Below, in pieces: positions 37,197 to 51,800 of a stretch of DNA of 64,000 bases. Each line of letters opens with the position of its first letter. The first letter of the stretch is position 1. Under the pieces are notes generated by a model. That model made no database searches. It saw nothing but the letters and a program-made list of their open reading frames with translations, and had not been told where the DNA came from. Source of the stretch: Azolla caroliniana. Lineage: Eukaryota; Plantae; Polypodiophyta. The stretch covers positions 9,734,001 through 9,798,000 of the forward strand of contig JBHGNT010000012.1 in assembly GCA_043228905.1 (NCBI GenBank), given 5' to 3'. Made by a program: the position numbers and the translations under genes.

Positions 37197-40100
37197 TGTA
37201 AAAAGTAGCTTGTGGAAGCAAGTAGGAAGACCCAATAGAAGAGAGGAAACTCAGGTTCAATGGAGAGCTTGGGCTTACACGGTATACGCAGGAGAGACAG
37301 AGAGAGAAACACAAAAAACTAGATTCAACAATAATACTCAGTCTGTACATAAGACGTGCTCAGTGAATACTTTTATACAAGTCCTAGAAGGACTAAACGA
37401 AGTACTGACAGTACTTCAATGCTCATCAAGAGCTCCTACACTAACTCCCAAATATATTCCTCACGGAATATATTTCCTAACGGCCTCCCGGTTTACGCAC
37501 TCGGCCTAACCAATCGGTCCCAACCGATCCGGTCCTCGGCTTCTTCAGCCGATCCGGTCGATGTTGAGCTTGTCTCTCAACACTCCCCCTCAAGCTCAAC
37601 TCGAGGCTCTTCGGGATCCTCGGGCTCACAACTCCGGTTCCTCCTGGCTTCACGCCTCGCTCGCGCTCCTCGACCTGTTCGACTCCGCGCGCTTCGACCC
37701 TTCCGGTCGGCTTGTTTGCTCATGCGGCCTTTATCAGCTCTTCTACTATTGCGGTGTTGACGCTTCTCCTGCTGCCTTTTCTTCCGCTTGGGCCTCGGTT
37801 GATTCAGCGTGTTTGAATCAAACATCCGAATCGACTCAGCTACCTCCGATCAGTTTTCGCTCTCGTCCAAGTTGGTTGTCTCCAACTCTTCTTCGGTCTT
37901 CTCGCCCTCGGTGGTGTCATCTTCCCCATGCATGGTTGGCTTCGGCTTTCTCCTTCGGTTGCTCCCCTTCTGTCCTCTTCCGAACTTTTCCGCGGGTCCG
38001 CCCTCGACTTCTTTAGCCGATCCGAAGTCGAGCTTGACAACCGAGTCAACCGCCTCGGTGGTGTCGCGGTCTCCGATCCTTTCCTGCTGCCTTGCTTGGT
38101 GGGCTGTTCTCCCCCTCAAGTTTGGCACGTTGAGGTGACGCAATCCGAGCGCACCTGAGAATTGCCGCAACTTGTCCAGACCAAGAGGCTTGGTGAAGAT
38201 GTCGGCAGTCTGCCGATCCGTCGGAACGTACTGAAGTTCGACTTCACCGGAAAGGACACGCTCACGGACGAAATGGTAGTGCACCTCAATGTGCTTGGTC
38301 CGTGCGTGGAAAACGGGGTTTTTCACGAGCTGGATGCTGTTGAGGTTGTCGCAGTAGATCGTTGTCGGATCTGGCACCTCCTCTTGCAGGTCCTTAAGCA
38401 GCCGCTTCAACCATATGGCTTCGCATGTCGCGACAGCCGCTCCTCGGTACTCAGCTTCGGTGCTCGACGGTGGAACTGTCGGCTGCTTCTTACTGCTCCA
38501 CGCGATCGCGGCACTTCCGAGGGAGAACACGTATCCGGACGTGGATCGGCGATCGGCGGCGTTGCCAGCCCAATCAGCATCGGTGTAGCCGACTAACTGC
38601 GCGGCTGCAGCGGTTCGATATAGCAGTCCCCGGTCCTTGGTGCCGTTGACATACCAAAGTATGCGTTGCGCACACTGAAGGTGCTCCTCGGTAGGTCGCA
38701 CCATGAACTGACTGATCAGTCCGACCGGATAACTGAGATCAGGCCGGGTGATGGTCAAGTATATGAGGCTTCCGACAATTTGTCGGAACCTCGTCGGGTC
38801 GCATACCTTTCCCGTATCAGGACGAAGCTTGATGGTTCTGTCCAGAGGAGTCGAGACGGACGTACAGTCGGCCATCCCGAATTTGAAGAGCATACTCAGC
38901 ACGTAATGACGTTGGCTGATCAATATGCCTTCGGGGGTACGGATCACTTCGATCCCAAGGAAGTAGTGAAGGTCCCCCAGATCCTTCATGTCGAACGATG
39001 CCGCAAGCGAGAGCTTCACGCGGTCGATTTCTCGTAGGTTGGCGCCGGTGATGACCAAGTCATCAACATATAGTAAAATACTAACCGGTCCAAGTCGACC
39101 TTTCCGGATGAACAGGGAAGAGTCCGATTTTGATGTGACAAAGCCCAGCCGGCGCAATTATTGCGTGATCTTCGCGTTCCAGGCACGCGGGGCTTGCTTT
39201 AGTCCGTAAAGGGACTTCTTCAGTCGGCATACTGCCGAGGAGTTCGTTCCGGAGTGAAATCCGGGGGGCTGTACCATGTACACCTGTTCCTCAAGGTCAC
39301 TTTGCAGGAACACATTCTTTACATCCATCTGATGTAAGTGCCACCCCTTGGCCGCGGCTACTGCGAGCAAAACACGGACGGTCGTCATTTTCGCGACCGG
39401 CGCAAACGTCTCATCGTAGTCGATGCTGTGTTTTTGTGCGTAGCCCTTTGCCACTAGCCGAGCCTTGTACCGGTTGACCGAGCCATCGGTGTTGTACTTG
39501 ACCTTGTACACCCACCTACACCCGATCGGTTTTACCCCTCTCGGTGCGTCAACCAGGTCCCAGGTCTCGTTCTCCGCCAATGTGTGCATCTCTTCCTCCA
39601 TCGTGGCACGCCAATTCGTGTCTTTAGCCGCTTCTGCGTAGCTCTCCGGCTCACGCACTTCCGCTACACGGGTCATGTACGCATAATGATGCGCCATCTA
39701 CTCGTTGTATCCGAACCGCAAAACAATATTCTTCTGGCGGGTAGATCGGCGTAATCTCACATTAGCCGATGTCGAGGCCTTCTCGGTCGATGCGGTCTTC
39801 ACCTTTAAAGACCCGTCACCGGTTCCCTCGGAGTCGGACTCGCGTTGGTCTGACTCGTTCTTATCCATGCCGGAATATGACACCTTCTTCTTCCCTTTCT
39901 CTTTGCGCCTAAGCCGTCTCCTCGGCTTCCTGCGCGGGGAATGCACGGCCGAGTCTCCACTACTCGCCGGCTCTTCATCGGACTGGTCGTACTGACTCAG
40001 TCGTCCACTTGGTCCACTTAAACGGAGTGAAATTGGACTCTCTTCGGGCTCATCCGGAGGCATCTCGGCCTCGCTGACCTCATCGTCAGAGCTCGGATTG

Positions 40101-42793
40101 GAGTTAGGGTTCAGAGTCGGGGGTTGGTACCAGGTCGCAGACTCGTCAAACACAACGTCGCGGCTGACACTCGCTTGTTTGGTGCGAGGGTTATAGCACT
40201 TATAACCCTTCTGTTCGTCCGAGTAACCGACCAAGATGCATTTCTCAGCCTTTGCGTCCAACTTCCTCCTTTTCTCCTTTGGTACATGCACATACGCAAT
40301 GCTACCGAACACCCTCAAGTGTCGCAAGTTCGGCTTCGTTCCGAAATACAGCTCGTGCGCCGACACTTTGTCTCCGATCCGGTTCTGGATATATACCGCG
40401 GTCCTTACCGCCTCGGCCCAGTAAAACTTCGGCAAGCTCTTCTCCTCCAACATTGCCCGTGCCGCTTCCACAACTGACCGATTCTTCCTCTCGGCCATGC
40501 CGTTCTGCTCCGGCGTGTATCTACAACTAAATTCGCGCCGAATTCCCATTTGTTGTAGATAACCGTTGAATTGACCGGAAAAGTACTCTTTTCCGCCAAC
40601 CGACCGCAGGCACTTGATCTTCCGTCCCGTTTCCGTTTCCACGAACCCTTTGAGGTCCCGAAAACAGTCGAAGACTTCGCTCTTCCTCTCAATGAGGTAG
40701 ATCCACATGTGCCGCGTGTGGTCATCGATGAAGGAGACGAAATATCGGCTCCCACCAAGACTAACATTTTGTGCCGGCCCCCACACATCGGAGTGTATAA
40801 GGTTGAGCTTGTTCCGGCTCTGGTTTCGCTCGTTTGGGAAAGGAAGTCGGTGTTGCTTCCCGAGCTGGCAGGCTTCACAAATTTGTGCCTTTCAGCCACT
40901 AAATTTGGGCAATCCGAACACTACCTATTTCGATTGCAGATCTTGAAGCCGCTGGTAGTTGACGTGGCCTATCCACTTGTGCCACAAGTCGATGTCTGAC
41001 TCGAACTTTTGTCCCTTCGCGAACATTGCGGTGCCGCCGTTAATGGAGTCGAGGATGAACATCCTCCCGTCTCTGCGCCCTTGCGCAATCACACGGCCTT
41101 CTTCCTCAATGAAGCACCCGAGGTGTGTAAACCGAACCTCCATCCCTTGGTCAACGATCTGTCCGACCGAGACCAGGTTTTTCGTGATTGTCGGAACGTG
41201 CAGTACGTTCATGAGTTTCCCTTTCTTCCCGACATGGCTAAGGGAAACTTCTCCGACATTCGCAATCGGATGCGGAGTGTCATCTCCAGTTGCGACTACT
41301 CCAGGTTGCATCGGTTTTTCAAGGTACGAGAACCACTCCTTATGGCTCGTCATGTGGTTTGACGCTCCGGAGTCTACGTACCACACCTCGTCTGATCTCG
41401 GGGTGCTCTGTTTCATTGAGTTCACTTCATGTCTCGTCACGAAGACAGACCCTTCTCCGGCTCTCCCGGAGTCTTTGGCGTAGTGCGATCGCTGCCGATT
41501 TCCCTTGTCGGTAATGTCCGGAGCCGTTTCCGGAACTGGTTCTCTTCGAGTCGGTGCACTTCTTCCAGCACTCACTTTCCCTGTGGCCTTTCTTGCCACA
41601 GTACCAGCACTCCGCGATGGCCTTCCCTTGCCGGTTCTCATCGCTTCGACTCCCCCTGTTTCCGGAGGGTCCGGAATTGTTGTCGGCATCACTTCGGTGC
41701 CTTCTTCCTTGATCTCGTCAGCCGCCTCCATTGCGCGCCGACTCACTTCGTCCTCCACGTCCACGGGGCCTATCTCCCTCCATGTACAACATTCTGCTGT
41801 CGGTGTGCGTGCTTGTAGACACACCCGCGTGGTTCTCCTCTACTAGGAGCATCGACTGTAAGTCGAAAAAGGACGGCATATTCTCCCGGGTACACACAGC
41901 TGTTCGGAACGCTCCGAACTTCGACGCCAAACCTCAGAGACAGATCTGGACCATCTCGCTCTCCTCGATGTTCACCTCTATGGAGGCGAGGGAATCGCAG
42001 ATATCCTTGATCTTCGAGAGTCGGACAAGTCGCGTTGTTGTAGGTTGCTTAACTCCTGTCGGAGCTGAAGCTTCCTGGCTGTGGTGCTCGCGGCGAAAAT
42101 CTTCTTCAGATTTTTCCATGCACCCTTCTGCGTCTTTGCATCCCAAACATAGCTCAATAGTTGTTCGCCCACACATGACGCAAAGCAGTATAATACCCTG
42201 CTCGCCGATTGCTCCCACGACGGGAAGTCTCTGTGTGTCGATTCGGGTGCCGCGTCATTAGCTCCTTCGACATAACTCTAGTAGCTGTGCCCGAGCAGGT
42301 AATGGTGCATCTTGTAGGACCAAGAAGCGTAGTTGGTTCTGTCGAGCTTCTCTGTTGGAAGCGAGCTCGCCATGCCTCTATCCATCATTCTTCTTGTTCT
42401 TCTTCGTCAAGTTGTGTTGGCTGCAGGGAGGTTCTCAACCCTCGCGCTCTGATACCATGTAAGAAGTAGCATGCGGAAGCAAGTAGGAAGACTGAACAGA
42501 AGAGAGGAAACTCAGGTTCAATGGAGAGCTTGGGCTTACACGGTATACGCAGGAGAGACAGAGAGAGAAACACAAAAAACTATATTCAACAATAATACTC
42601 AGTCTGTACATAAGACGTGCTCAGTGAATACTTTTATACAAGTCCTAGAAGGACTGAACAAAGTACTGACATCACGGAATATCTTTCCTAACGGCCTCCC
42701 GGTTTACGCACTCGGCCTAACCGATCGATCCCAACCGATCCGGTCCTCGGCTTCTTCAGCCGATCCGGCCGATGTTGAGCTTGTCTCTCAACA
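37197..42793 (-). mobile_element. C2: Ty1/Copia element (Ale-like), degenerate
   Basis: LTRs 37197-37582 and 42458-42793 (50-bp indel); perfect TSD CTCCA; PBS TGGTATCAGAGC 42446-42457; PPT TTGAGGGGGAG next to 37582. Confidence 0.95.
37850..42385 (-). pseudogene. pol: C2 gag-pol
   Basis: WYVDSGAS; LWHKWIGH; INT core; LLYVDDL; DADWAG..RSTSG; in-frame stops at 39158 and 39698 plus gag frameshifts. Confidence 0.94.
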
Positions 42794-44661
42794 CTCCAGT
42801 TTGTCCTTCGCCGCTTCTGCTAGCATCTTTGCCGCTTCGACTCCCTTGGTCCTTTCATCCGCCAATGCTGTTGTCGTCCTATGGACTTCATCCCAGAGTT
42901 CCCGCATCTTTTCTAGTTGTCGGTCACCTTCTGCCATCAATTTCTTGTGTTCCGCCTCTAGGTGCTCGTGATCCCGGTGCAATCTGTCAAAATCCTCCGT
43001 TTTCTGTTACAGCCTCTGATTGATTTGGTGTTGGGACCGGTCCTTACAATCCTTTTATTGCAGGACTTCTTCTTGGAGCCATTCGATCTCAACTTCCGCC
43101 GATCACCGGAGTTTGTCTTTTTATTTCTTCAATCGGTCATATGCTTGATGACCTTTCCGTAGATTTTCCGTTTTTCGTTGCTCTTCCTCCACTGCCTTCT
43201 TTAGGTCTCGTTCTCTAGCCCTTAAGGCCTCTGCCAATTCCTCTCTGAGAGTTGCTAGTGCTTATTCTTGTGCCTTATTTGCATCCGGTGCTATTTCAGT
43301 TACCAGCATCTTATTAGTCTGTTCATTCACCGGAGCCACCGATTCTGGTAGTCTTTGTCCTTCTGTCACCTGCTTAGCCGCCTCTGCTTTAGCGTGCGCA
43401 ATTTCTTCATCCATGCTTCGGATCCTCCACCGGGCCTTCTCAAGCTCTTCGTTTGTGGCGAACAACCGATCCCCCTGTGCTATCTCCTCCATTTCTTTTT
43501 GGCACACCACCTCGGCCACCTGCTCGCCGATCCACCGTAGCCATTGCCTTTTTGTCGTGCCGGTTCTAGTTTTTGGTGAGGCCTTTGTTCTCCATGGAAG
43601 CCCCCTTTCGATTGTTGACTACAACAACAACTCCTGCTCTTGTTGTGCCTGCTACCCCGGTGAGGTAGGCAATTCAATTACCGGTTCTTGAACCACTGGC
43701 ACTATTGTTTCTTGCTGCACAAGTAGTTCTTCCATCGGTTCTGGTTGAACCGGTTCCGCCTCCTTCCTTGGCTCCGGTCCCTCGGAGTGGGGTGTCAGTG
43801 AGCTGTCCTTCACCGGACCCGATTTGTCCCCTTTCTGCTCCGCATCACCACACTTCTGGCGATGCAGGAGGTTCTCGACGGGGTCTTCCTCTGCCTCCTC
43901 CTCTTGGGTCCTGATATTGATCTATGTTGTCAAGGGGTCCAACTCTTGTTCCTGTCAGCATAGCTTGATTTTCAGAGGCATGTCTCTGCTTGCCTCTTCT
44001 GGCTAGGCGGCTCTTTCCCTTGCTGTGAGGTAATGCCCTCTTTCCATCCAAACATGTGCTTGGCCAGAAGTTGCTGCCGTTCTAAAGATTTGTTAGGCGT
44101 GGTCTCTGTTACTTGAACCCGCTTCTTAGTCCTTACCAGGTCCATCGGTGGCGCCAAAAGAGTCAGCCATTGAGCCACGACCGTTCATAATTTATTCCCG
44201 TTCTGCACCGATTCTATCGCCGTTCGCAAACAATCAGCGATGACTACCGACCAATCCACTTGCACCCTTGTGTACGTAGCAATGATGAAACCGGTTTCGT
44301 TCTTTGGCATTGCCGGGGGTCGGGGGTACACGAACCCATACTCGTGGAAGACACGAGCCACTTCTCTGAACAGGGGGGTCCTCGTCGCCCTAAGTCCGGT
44401 GAGCCTTACTAGCGAGGGAATATTCCCCAAAAAACTTGGTTAGTGTTTCAGGAGAAGGGTAGGTAGGGTAGATGTGCTTGTCTGTGCTTCTAGCGTGCGT
44501 CTATTCACTTGTGCTCAGTGCTCAATGTTTGGGAAATGAAAGAGACTTTGCGAGGCGGAGGTTTCTTGTTCCCATGCTTGGCGCCTTTTTCGATTCCAGT
44601 GCATGCATGTCGTGTACAATAAAAGCAACAGTTTTCTTTTTCTTCTTTTTTTTAGTTCCGG

Positions 44662-46612
44662 TTACTCGGTAACCCTAGCTCCCTTGTCTTCATGGTTGTT
44701 AGCTAGCGGTTTGCCGTTGCCTATGTCTGCATTGTTCTCTGGTTGATGAAACGGGTTCTGTGGCTTGGATCCATAATATGGTTTAAGTCGGAACCCATTT
44801 ACCCACTTGTCCAGCACCTCGTCAGCTAACGTTCCCAACTGATATGAGTTGTTGAACTCTCGTGTTACCAAATATGGTCCAGTCGACCGGAACCGTAGCC
44901 TCCCCGACATCTTTCCCATCCGGGTCTGGAACACTAGTACCAACTTGCCGATTCCAAACATCTTCTTATTACCCTTTTGATGGCGGTCGACGAATGCTTT
45001 TCTTCGTCGTTGCTCGAGTTCCATTTGCATTAGGCTCGCTACTCGGTGTTCCTCCAGCTCGCATAGTGCTGCTAACTGGATTTTCCCGACTCCTTCTCGC
45101 TCAACCGCTCCCGGACCTATATCCGTAAGCTTGGAATCTGGAATTCAATTGGCATCACCGCTTCGAAACCAAACGCTAACTGGAATGGTATTCTGTATGC
45201 CGTTTGGTAAGTCCATAACGCGTTGTGCAACTTTGTATCCCAATCGGTTCGGTTCTCATTGACAATCTTCTAGAGAATGTTCTCCAGAGTTTTATTTTGT
45301 AGATTCAGCCAATCCATTGGCCTGTGGGTAATAAGGGGTGCTTCGATTGTGCACGACCACATAAAATGTTGTTAGGCTTTCAACCACCTGACCAAGAAAT
45401 TGTCCACCTTGGTCACTGATTAATTCGATTGGACATCTAGACCGGCACCAGATGTACTCGTACAAGAACTTTGTCGTTGACCTCACGGTATTGTCACGTA
45501 GTGCCTTGGTTTCCACCCATTTTGTACAGTAATCCGTGGTGAAAATTATGTACCTATTCCGGATTCGCATTGCTGGTGGCTTGAATGGTCCAACGAAGTC
45601 CAAGCCCCATTTTTGGAATGGCTCTAGAGGTAGTACCGGTTGGTGCAACATGCGCGCTTGTTCCATTGGCTAACCCATTCTTTGACACAGATCACATTCC
45701 TTTGTATATCGAACCGAGTCCTTTAGTGTCATTGGCCACCATAAGACATTGCGACATATTTTCCTTGTCGTAGCTTCACCGGCATAACTTGCAGCCCAAC
45801 AAATAATGTCGGTATTTGGCTCTCCAGATTCTAACTGGCTCAAGTAATCGGCAACCCCATGTTTCATACCGGGCCGGTGATAGATCTCAAATTCAAATTC
45901 GTGTAATAATAATGTCCATCGGGCCAGCTTGCCGGTGAGTGATGCCTTCGAGACCAAGTATAAAAGCATTGAATAGTCTACATGGAATGAAAACTTGCGG
46001 CCCAACAAATAATGTCGGTATTTGGTGACACTATATATCATTCCTACGGCTTCTCTTTCCAGAGTGCAATAATTCCGCTCCACCTTTGAAAGCTTTCGAC
46101 TACCGTAGTACACCGACCGGTACCATTTCGGTTCGGTAAGTTGCATGAGTACGCTGTCGATTACGATATCCGACGCGTCCACGAAGACATGGAACTCTTT
46201 TGACCAGTTCAGGGGTTATACCACTGGTGCTTGTGATAGCATTACCTTGAGTGCGGGTAAGCCTTGTCCTCTTCATCCGTCCAATTAAATGGTGTCCGGT
46301 GTACAATTGCGTGTAGTGTCGTGGCGAGGTCTGCCAAGTACCGGAGCATCCGGCTATGCCACCGGATCTGTCCTAAGAACCGGCTTAAAGCCTTGGCGGT
46401 CGTTTGTGCTAGCGCCTGTAAAATAGCCTTGACCTTATCCAGGTCCACGAGAATCCCTTCCTTGCTAACAATATGACCCAACAATGTGTCGCTGGTCACA
46501 CCGAAGACACACTTTGTCGGGTTTAAGCTTAACCGGTATCCTCTGCACTTTTGCAAGAATAACCTAAGATGGTCGAGGTGTTCCCCTTTCCGGTTGTATC
46601 CCGCGAAGTCAT
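44662..46612 (-). pseudogene. pol: G3 pol fragment (RT end, RH, INT)
   Basis: FLGQIRWH; DASD; WGLDFVGP; internal deletion near 45786-45819. Confidence 0.9.
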
Positions 46613-48207
46613 CTAGGGATAGAGAAGACCCAAGGTTAGCTTTACGACAATACTACTTCCTGACCCCTTCCTGAGCAAGGTCTCGTTGCCCTTTGTTTTG
46701 TGAGGCCGGTGGCTCTCGTTGATCACGACTTGTCGACCTTCTGAGATTACCACACAAGCCAAGTGACCAAATGGGTGCAAGCAAGATGAGCACGCAACAT
46801 GAACACACAAGGGGACGATAACACAAACACGAATGTCCGTACGTCTTTATGAGGAGAAGAGGTGCATGGGCATGCCCGAATGCTCCCTCGTCACAAGATG
46901 TCGAACGTATGAGGAAGACACAAAACACATGCACAAATGCTCGTACGCCTTTATGAGGAGGAGAGGTGCATGGGCACGCCCGAAACGCCCCCTCGTCACA
47001 AGACGGCTGAATGTACAAGGAAGACACAAACACACACACAAAATGCTCGTACGCCTTTATGAGGAGGAGAGGTGCATGGGCAAGCCCAAACGGTCCCCTT
47101 GTCAGAAGACGACCGAACGTACAAGAAAGACACAAACACACGCACAAAATGCTCGTACGCCTTTATGAGGAGGAGAGCTGCATGGGCAAGCCCGAAACGG
47201 TCCCTCGTCATAGGACGGCCGAACGTACACGGAAGACACAAACACACGCAAAAATGCTCGTACGTCTTTATGAGGAGGAGAGTTGCATGGGCACGCTTGA
47301 AACGCTTTCTCGTCACAAGACGGCCAAACGTAGAAGGAAGACATGAATAAAGAAAGACGGAGAGAAAGAAACACGATTGATATCGACCAAAGAGATAAAT
47401 ACGTGTTCGATTCCAATGCAAGAGGACCCTTTTTAAATAGGGTTTTGTTTACAATGGCAACTTATAGTTAGCCACAAGCTCAATCAAAACATAAATATTA
47501 AATGCCCTTAGAGACAAAAGCAAATCCGAACACGGCGAAGATGAACACACGAGCACCACCAAAATGCCAATCCCAACAAACCACGACCACCTGAACGGCG
47601 AGCAAATGGGCTCGCAACGACGAACGGGGCAGACCAACGTAGAACCAACGAAGCTTGGGCTCACGAGCACTTTGAGCGCCGACGCGAAGAAGACGAGCAC
47701 GTGGTGATGGGCGAATGAAGGGGTATGAGATGAAGAGAAGTGGTGAATAAGAAGATGAAGAGCTTCAAAGGAAAATTGGCGATAGTCTCCTCCTCCCAAA
47801 ACGTCCTCCCAAATGAGCCCCCCTCGACCTCCTTTTATAGGAAAAAAAGAAGGGGGGGTCGTCAAATTTGTGTTCAATGAAAAAGGAATAAAATTCCTTA
47901 AATCACGTTGCACTATAAGTTTAGATTCAAACCATGCACCTCTAGCTAGTAGTCAATGTGACTATCCACTAGCCCACTAACTCTCTCTTATATAATATAT
48001 AATTCTATCTCTATAAATTCTGAGCATGTCTCTCCTCTATATTTTATCTCTCTTCTCTCTTACTTTTTGCACGGGCTTCTATGCATCCTTTCTACTCTTT
48101 CTTTTCCCTTTGATTTTGCATATGCACAACTAATCGCTTTTGTGTGCACATTTTTGACCCCCCCCCCCCTTTCGCCGGTTTTTTCCACTCTCGAGCACGC
48201 CACATCA
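46613..48207 (-). mobile_element. Probable long-LTR fragment of an unassigned element
   Basis: Minus strand begins TGATGTGGC at 48207; TATAAAAGG near 47833-47841; contains a tandem repeat; no coding motifs. Confidence 0.4.
46820..47345. repeat. ~105-bp tandem repeat, 5 copies
   Basis: CTTTATGAGGAG at about 46845, 46949, 47055, 47161, 47266. Confidence 0.9.
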
Positions 48208-48324
48208 GGATAACAGATCGTTGCATGAGTTAGGTGGGAACCACTGAGGTTTTTGGACTATGAGAAAGAAGAATATGAGATAAGGCTTGTAATGAATAGG
48301 TAGAAAGAGAGGTAAGATCTCGTG

Positions 48325-48873
48325 TGTCGTGACTCTTGAGTAGGAAGCAGAGAGAGAGAGATGGCGATAGAGATAACGATAACGATAGAGATGGCGAGAG
48401 CGGTAGAGATAGCGATAGTGATAGCAAAAGAGAGTGAAAGAGGGAGAGAGTGCGAGAGAGAGAAAAGTATAAGTGAGAGATAAGAAATGGGAATGCGATT
48501 ATATTATGAGAAAGAAGATTACAAGGAGTAGGCTAAGGGCTAAAGACTGGTGTTGAACCGAATGAGTTGTGATGAGTGTATGGACTCTTATTTATAGGCC
48601 CTTATGGAGTATTCTAGAATGTTCTAGAATATTTTAGATATTTATGAATAATAATAATAATAAATATAATCATGAAATATTCAAGAACATTCTAGAATAA
48701 TCTAGAATGTTCTAAATATCTCGTAATAACTAAACATATAATTATTATGATTACATCTCACATATGTTATTACAATGGTTAAAGTACAATATGTAAACCA
48801 AGAGGTTATGGGTTCGATTCCTGGTTCGCCAAGATGAATGTCATGATAAGCCAAGATGTATGTCTTCATGACA
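48325..48873 (-). repeat. 3' LTR
   Basis: TGTCGTGA..TCATGACA. Confidence 0.97.
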
Positions 48874-51800
48874 TTATCCCCCCTTTTCGATGATGAGTTG
48901 CACGAGTCGGAAGAAAAGAGTTCAGACTTGGTTTATGAGGATATTGGTTGTGAAATGCAACAACCATGTCGGAGGCATTGGCAAGATGTTCGGCAGGCTC
49001 CCATGTTCGATCATTAGGTGTATAGCCTAACCAATCAACCAAGTAGTATAGTTTGTTGCGAATGATCTTGGAGTCGAGGATAGCGGCAACCTCATATTCA
49101 GAGCCATTGGAAACGTCAATTGGAGGTGGGGGAGGTGTAACACGACCCGGAATAGAGCTCGTTGTGTAGGGCTCCAAAAGTGAAACATGGAAGACCGGGT
49201 GAAGACGCATATGAGGAGGAAGATCAAGACGAAATGTCACATCATTGATCTTACCACTTATGACATATGGGCCAAAACGTTGATAATCCAATTTGTAGCA
49301 AGGTCGGGTCGTTTTAATGCTACCTTGTAAGAGCCATACACGATCGCCTACTTGAAATGTAGTCGATGAATCACGCCGATGACGGTCAGCAATCTTCTTT
49401 TGAGTGTTTTGGGCTTCACATAAATGATGCAAAAGCATATCCTGAACTTCTTGGAGTCGAGTGAGCCGATCTTCAGCACCTGGGTTTTTTGGGAGTTCAG
49501 GATGTTCAAGCATCGTCCAACGAGGATGGTACCCAATGTTTGCAAAAAATGGGGAATATCCAGTAGAAGAATGCTCGGAGTTGTTATAAGCAAATTCTGC
49601 CAAAGGTAGTAAATCCACCCAATCATCTTGTTGATAGTTGACAAAACAACGTAGATATTGTTCGACTGTTTGGTTGGTGCGCTCACTCTGCCCATTAGTC
49701 TCTGGATGGTAGCCGGAAGAGAGTTTACAAGAAGTATGTAAGAGTTTGAACATGTGCCGCCAAAATTTCGAGATGAATTGGGGACCCCGATCACTGATAA
49801 TATCATCCGGAAGACCATGATGGCGAAACACCTCCCGCATGAGTAAATCAGCTGTCTCTTGACTAGTAATGGTCTTTGTGCATGGAAGGAAATGTGCCAT
49901 CTTCGTAAAACGATCGACAACCGTGAGAATCGAATCAAATCCCTTGGAAGGTGGAAGATCCGTAATAAAGTCCAAGGAAATAGATTTCCATGGGCTCTCC
50001 GGAATAGGCATGGGCTGTAATAAGCCATATGGATGATGTCGAGGTTTTTTTGATCGGCAACATGTATCACAGCTACGAACATAATCCGTAACAAAATGGC
50101 GAAGCCGTGGCCACCAATATCGGCGAGAAATCAACTCAAAAGTCTTGTGGATGCCAAACTGTCCCGCCATTGGTGTGTCATGACATTGTTGCATGACTTT
50201 GAGTCGAGAAGGACCGTCAGGCACATACAAGAGAGTTTGTCGAAAAAGTAACCCATCATGCCAACTAAACTGGGTGTAGTCTAGATGAGGATTTTGAGTT
50301 TGGGAGCTAGATGCACGATTTGGGATAATATGGCTCAAAACCTCTTGGGCGAACGCATCAGTCGCAATCTGCTCACGAATGGAATCAAGAAGCCTTGAAT
50401 CTCCCGGTGTGTTGATGGTATGCATTGCCATTATTCGTAGACGATCAGGACCTAAGAGGATTTGCTTTTGGCTTTCAAATGCGGCCTCTCCAGGTTGAAG
50501 TTCCATATACGAACGTCTAGATAAAGCATCTGCTTTTCCTTGTTGCATCCCAGGGCGATATAGAATTACAAAATCGAAACGAGTTAAGAACTGCGCCCAA
50601 CGAGCTTGTCGTCGATTCAAGACTCGAGCACTTTGAAAGTATGTTAGATTTTTATGATCATTGTAGACAATAATCTGCTGAGAAGAACCTTCCAGAAAAT
50701 GACGCCATTGTTGAAAAGAATCCACAATGGCAAGAAGCTCTTTGTCGTGAATCTCATAGTTGATTTCTGCGGCTTCAAATTTTCGTGAGTGAAAAGCCAC
50801 CGGGTGCAGTTCACCATCATCACCAATTTGGGATAGTACACTTCCGAGTGCGAAATCCGATGCATCAGCTTCAAGTATAAAGCGCCTCATTGGATCGACA
50901 TGGATTAAGATTGGTGCGGATGTAAATGCTTGCTTTAAACCCTCAAATGCAGAGTTCGCATCTATACTCCATACAAATGATCGATTCTTGTGCGTCAGTT
51001 GAGTGAGGGGCAACACAATTTTTGAATAATCTTTGATGAACTTGCGATAAAAGTTTGCGAACCCCAAAAAACATTGCACATCTCGCACGGACTGTGGTGT
51101 TTGCCAATCCAAAATTGTTTGAACCTTTGATGGATCCATAGAGATGCCATTTGAAGAGACTATGTACCCCAAAAACTCCACTTGACATTGGTCGAAACTA
51201 CACTTCTCCAATTTTGCATAGAGACCATACTCTCGTAGCCGTTGCAAAACTTGGCGAACATGTATATCATGTTCTTCTTGAGTTTTTGAGTAGATCAAGA
51301 TATCATCCAGGTAAACAATGATGAAGATATCGAGGAAGTCTCGAAAAATATCATTCGCCATATGTTGGAAGACTGCTGGTGCATTCGTGAGGCCAAAAGG
51401 CATCACTGTGTACTCAAAATGACCATAGCGAGTGCGGAACGCCGTCTTCCATTCATCCCCAGGACGAATTCGAACAAGGTTGTAGGCACCTCGAAGATCT
51501 AACTTCGTGAAATACTTTGCTTCACTGAGGCGTTCTAGAAGGCTTGAGATCAATGGGAGAGCATATCGGTTTCTAACGGTCACTTTATTCAAGCCTCGAT
51601 AATCCACGACCATACGAAGCGTACCATCTTTCTTCTTAACGAAAAAGATGGGTGCACCAGCAGGAGATTTTGAATGTTGGATGAAACCATTTGCCAAGTT
51701 CTCATTGATATATTCTCGAAGAACCTCTAACTCCGTGGGCGAAAGATTATAAATTGGTCCCCATGGAGGCTCTTTTCCTGGCTGCAAATCAATTGGGCAA

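Larger units (their letters stand above)
36337..44430 (-). pseudogene. G3 extra ORF (N-terminal globular domain, coiled coil, Q/E/P-rich tail), split by C2
   Basis: Pieces 44185-44430, 43262-43519, 42794-42982, 36976-37196, 36637-36900, 36337-36552 ending QSILDILTDE*. Confidence 0.6.
35846..46612 (-). mobile_element. G3: 5'-truncated G1-family Gypsy (partial RT, RH, INT, extra ORF, 3' LTR 35846-36281) carrying Copia C2
   Basis: Pol 44662-46612 similar to G1; LTR similar to 28004-28463. Confidence 0.88.

Noticed and set aside
46820-47345. Overlapping ORFs and possible CRISPR in the 105-bp repeat
   Set aside because: Whole units are repeated with no unique spacers; the ORFs are by-products of the repeat.
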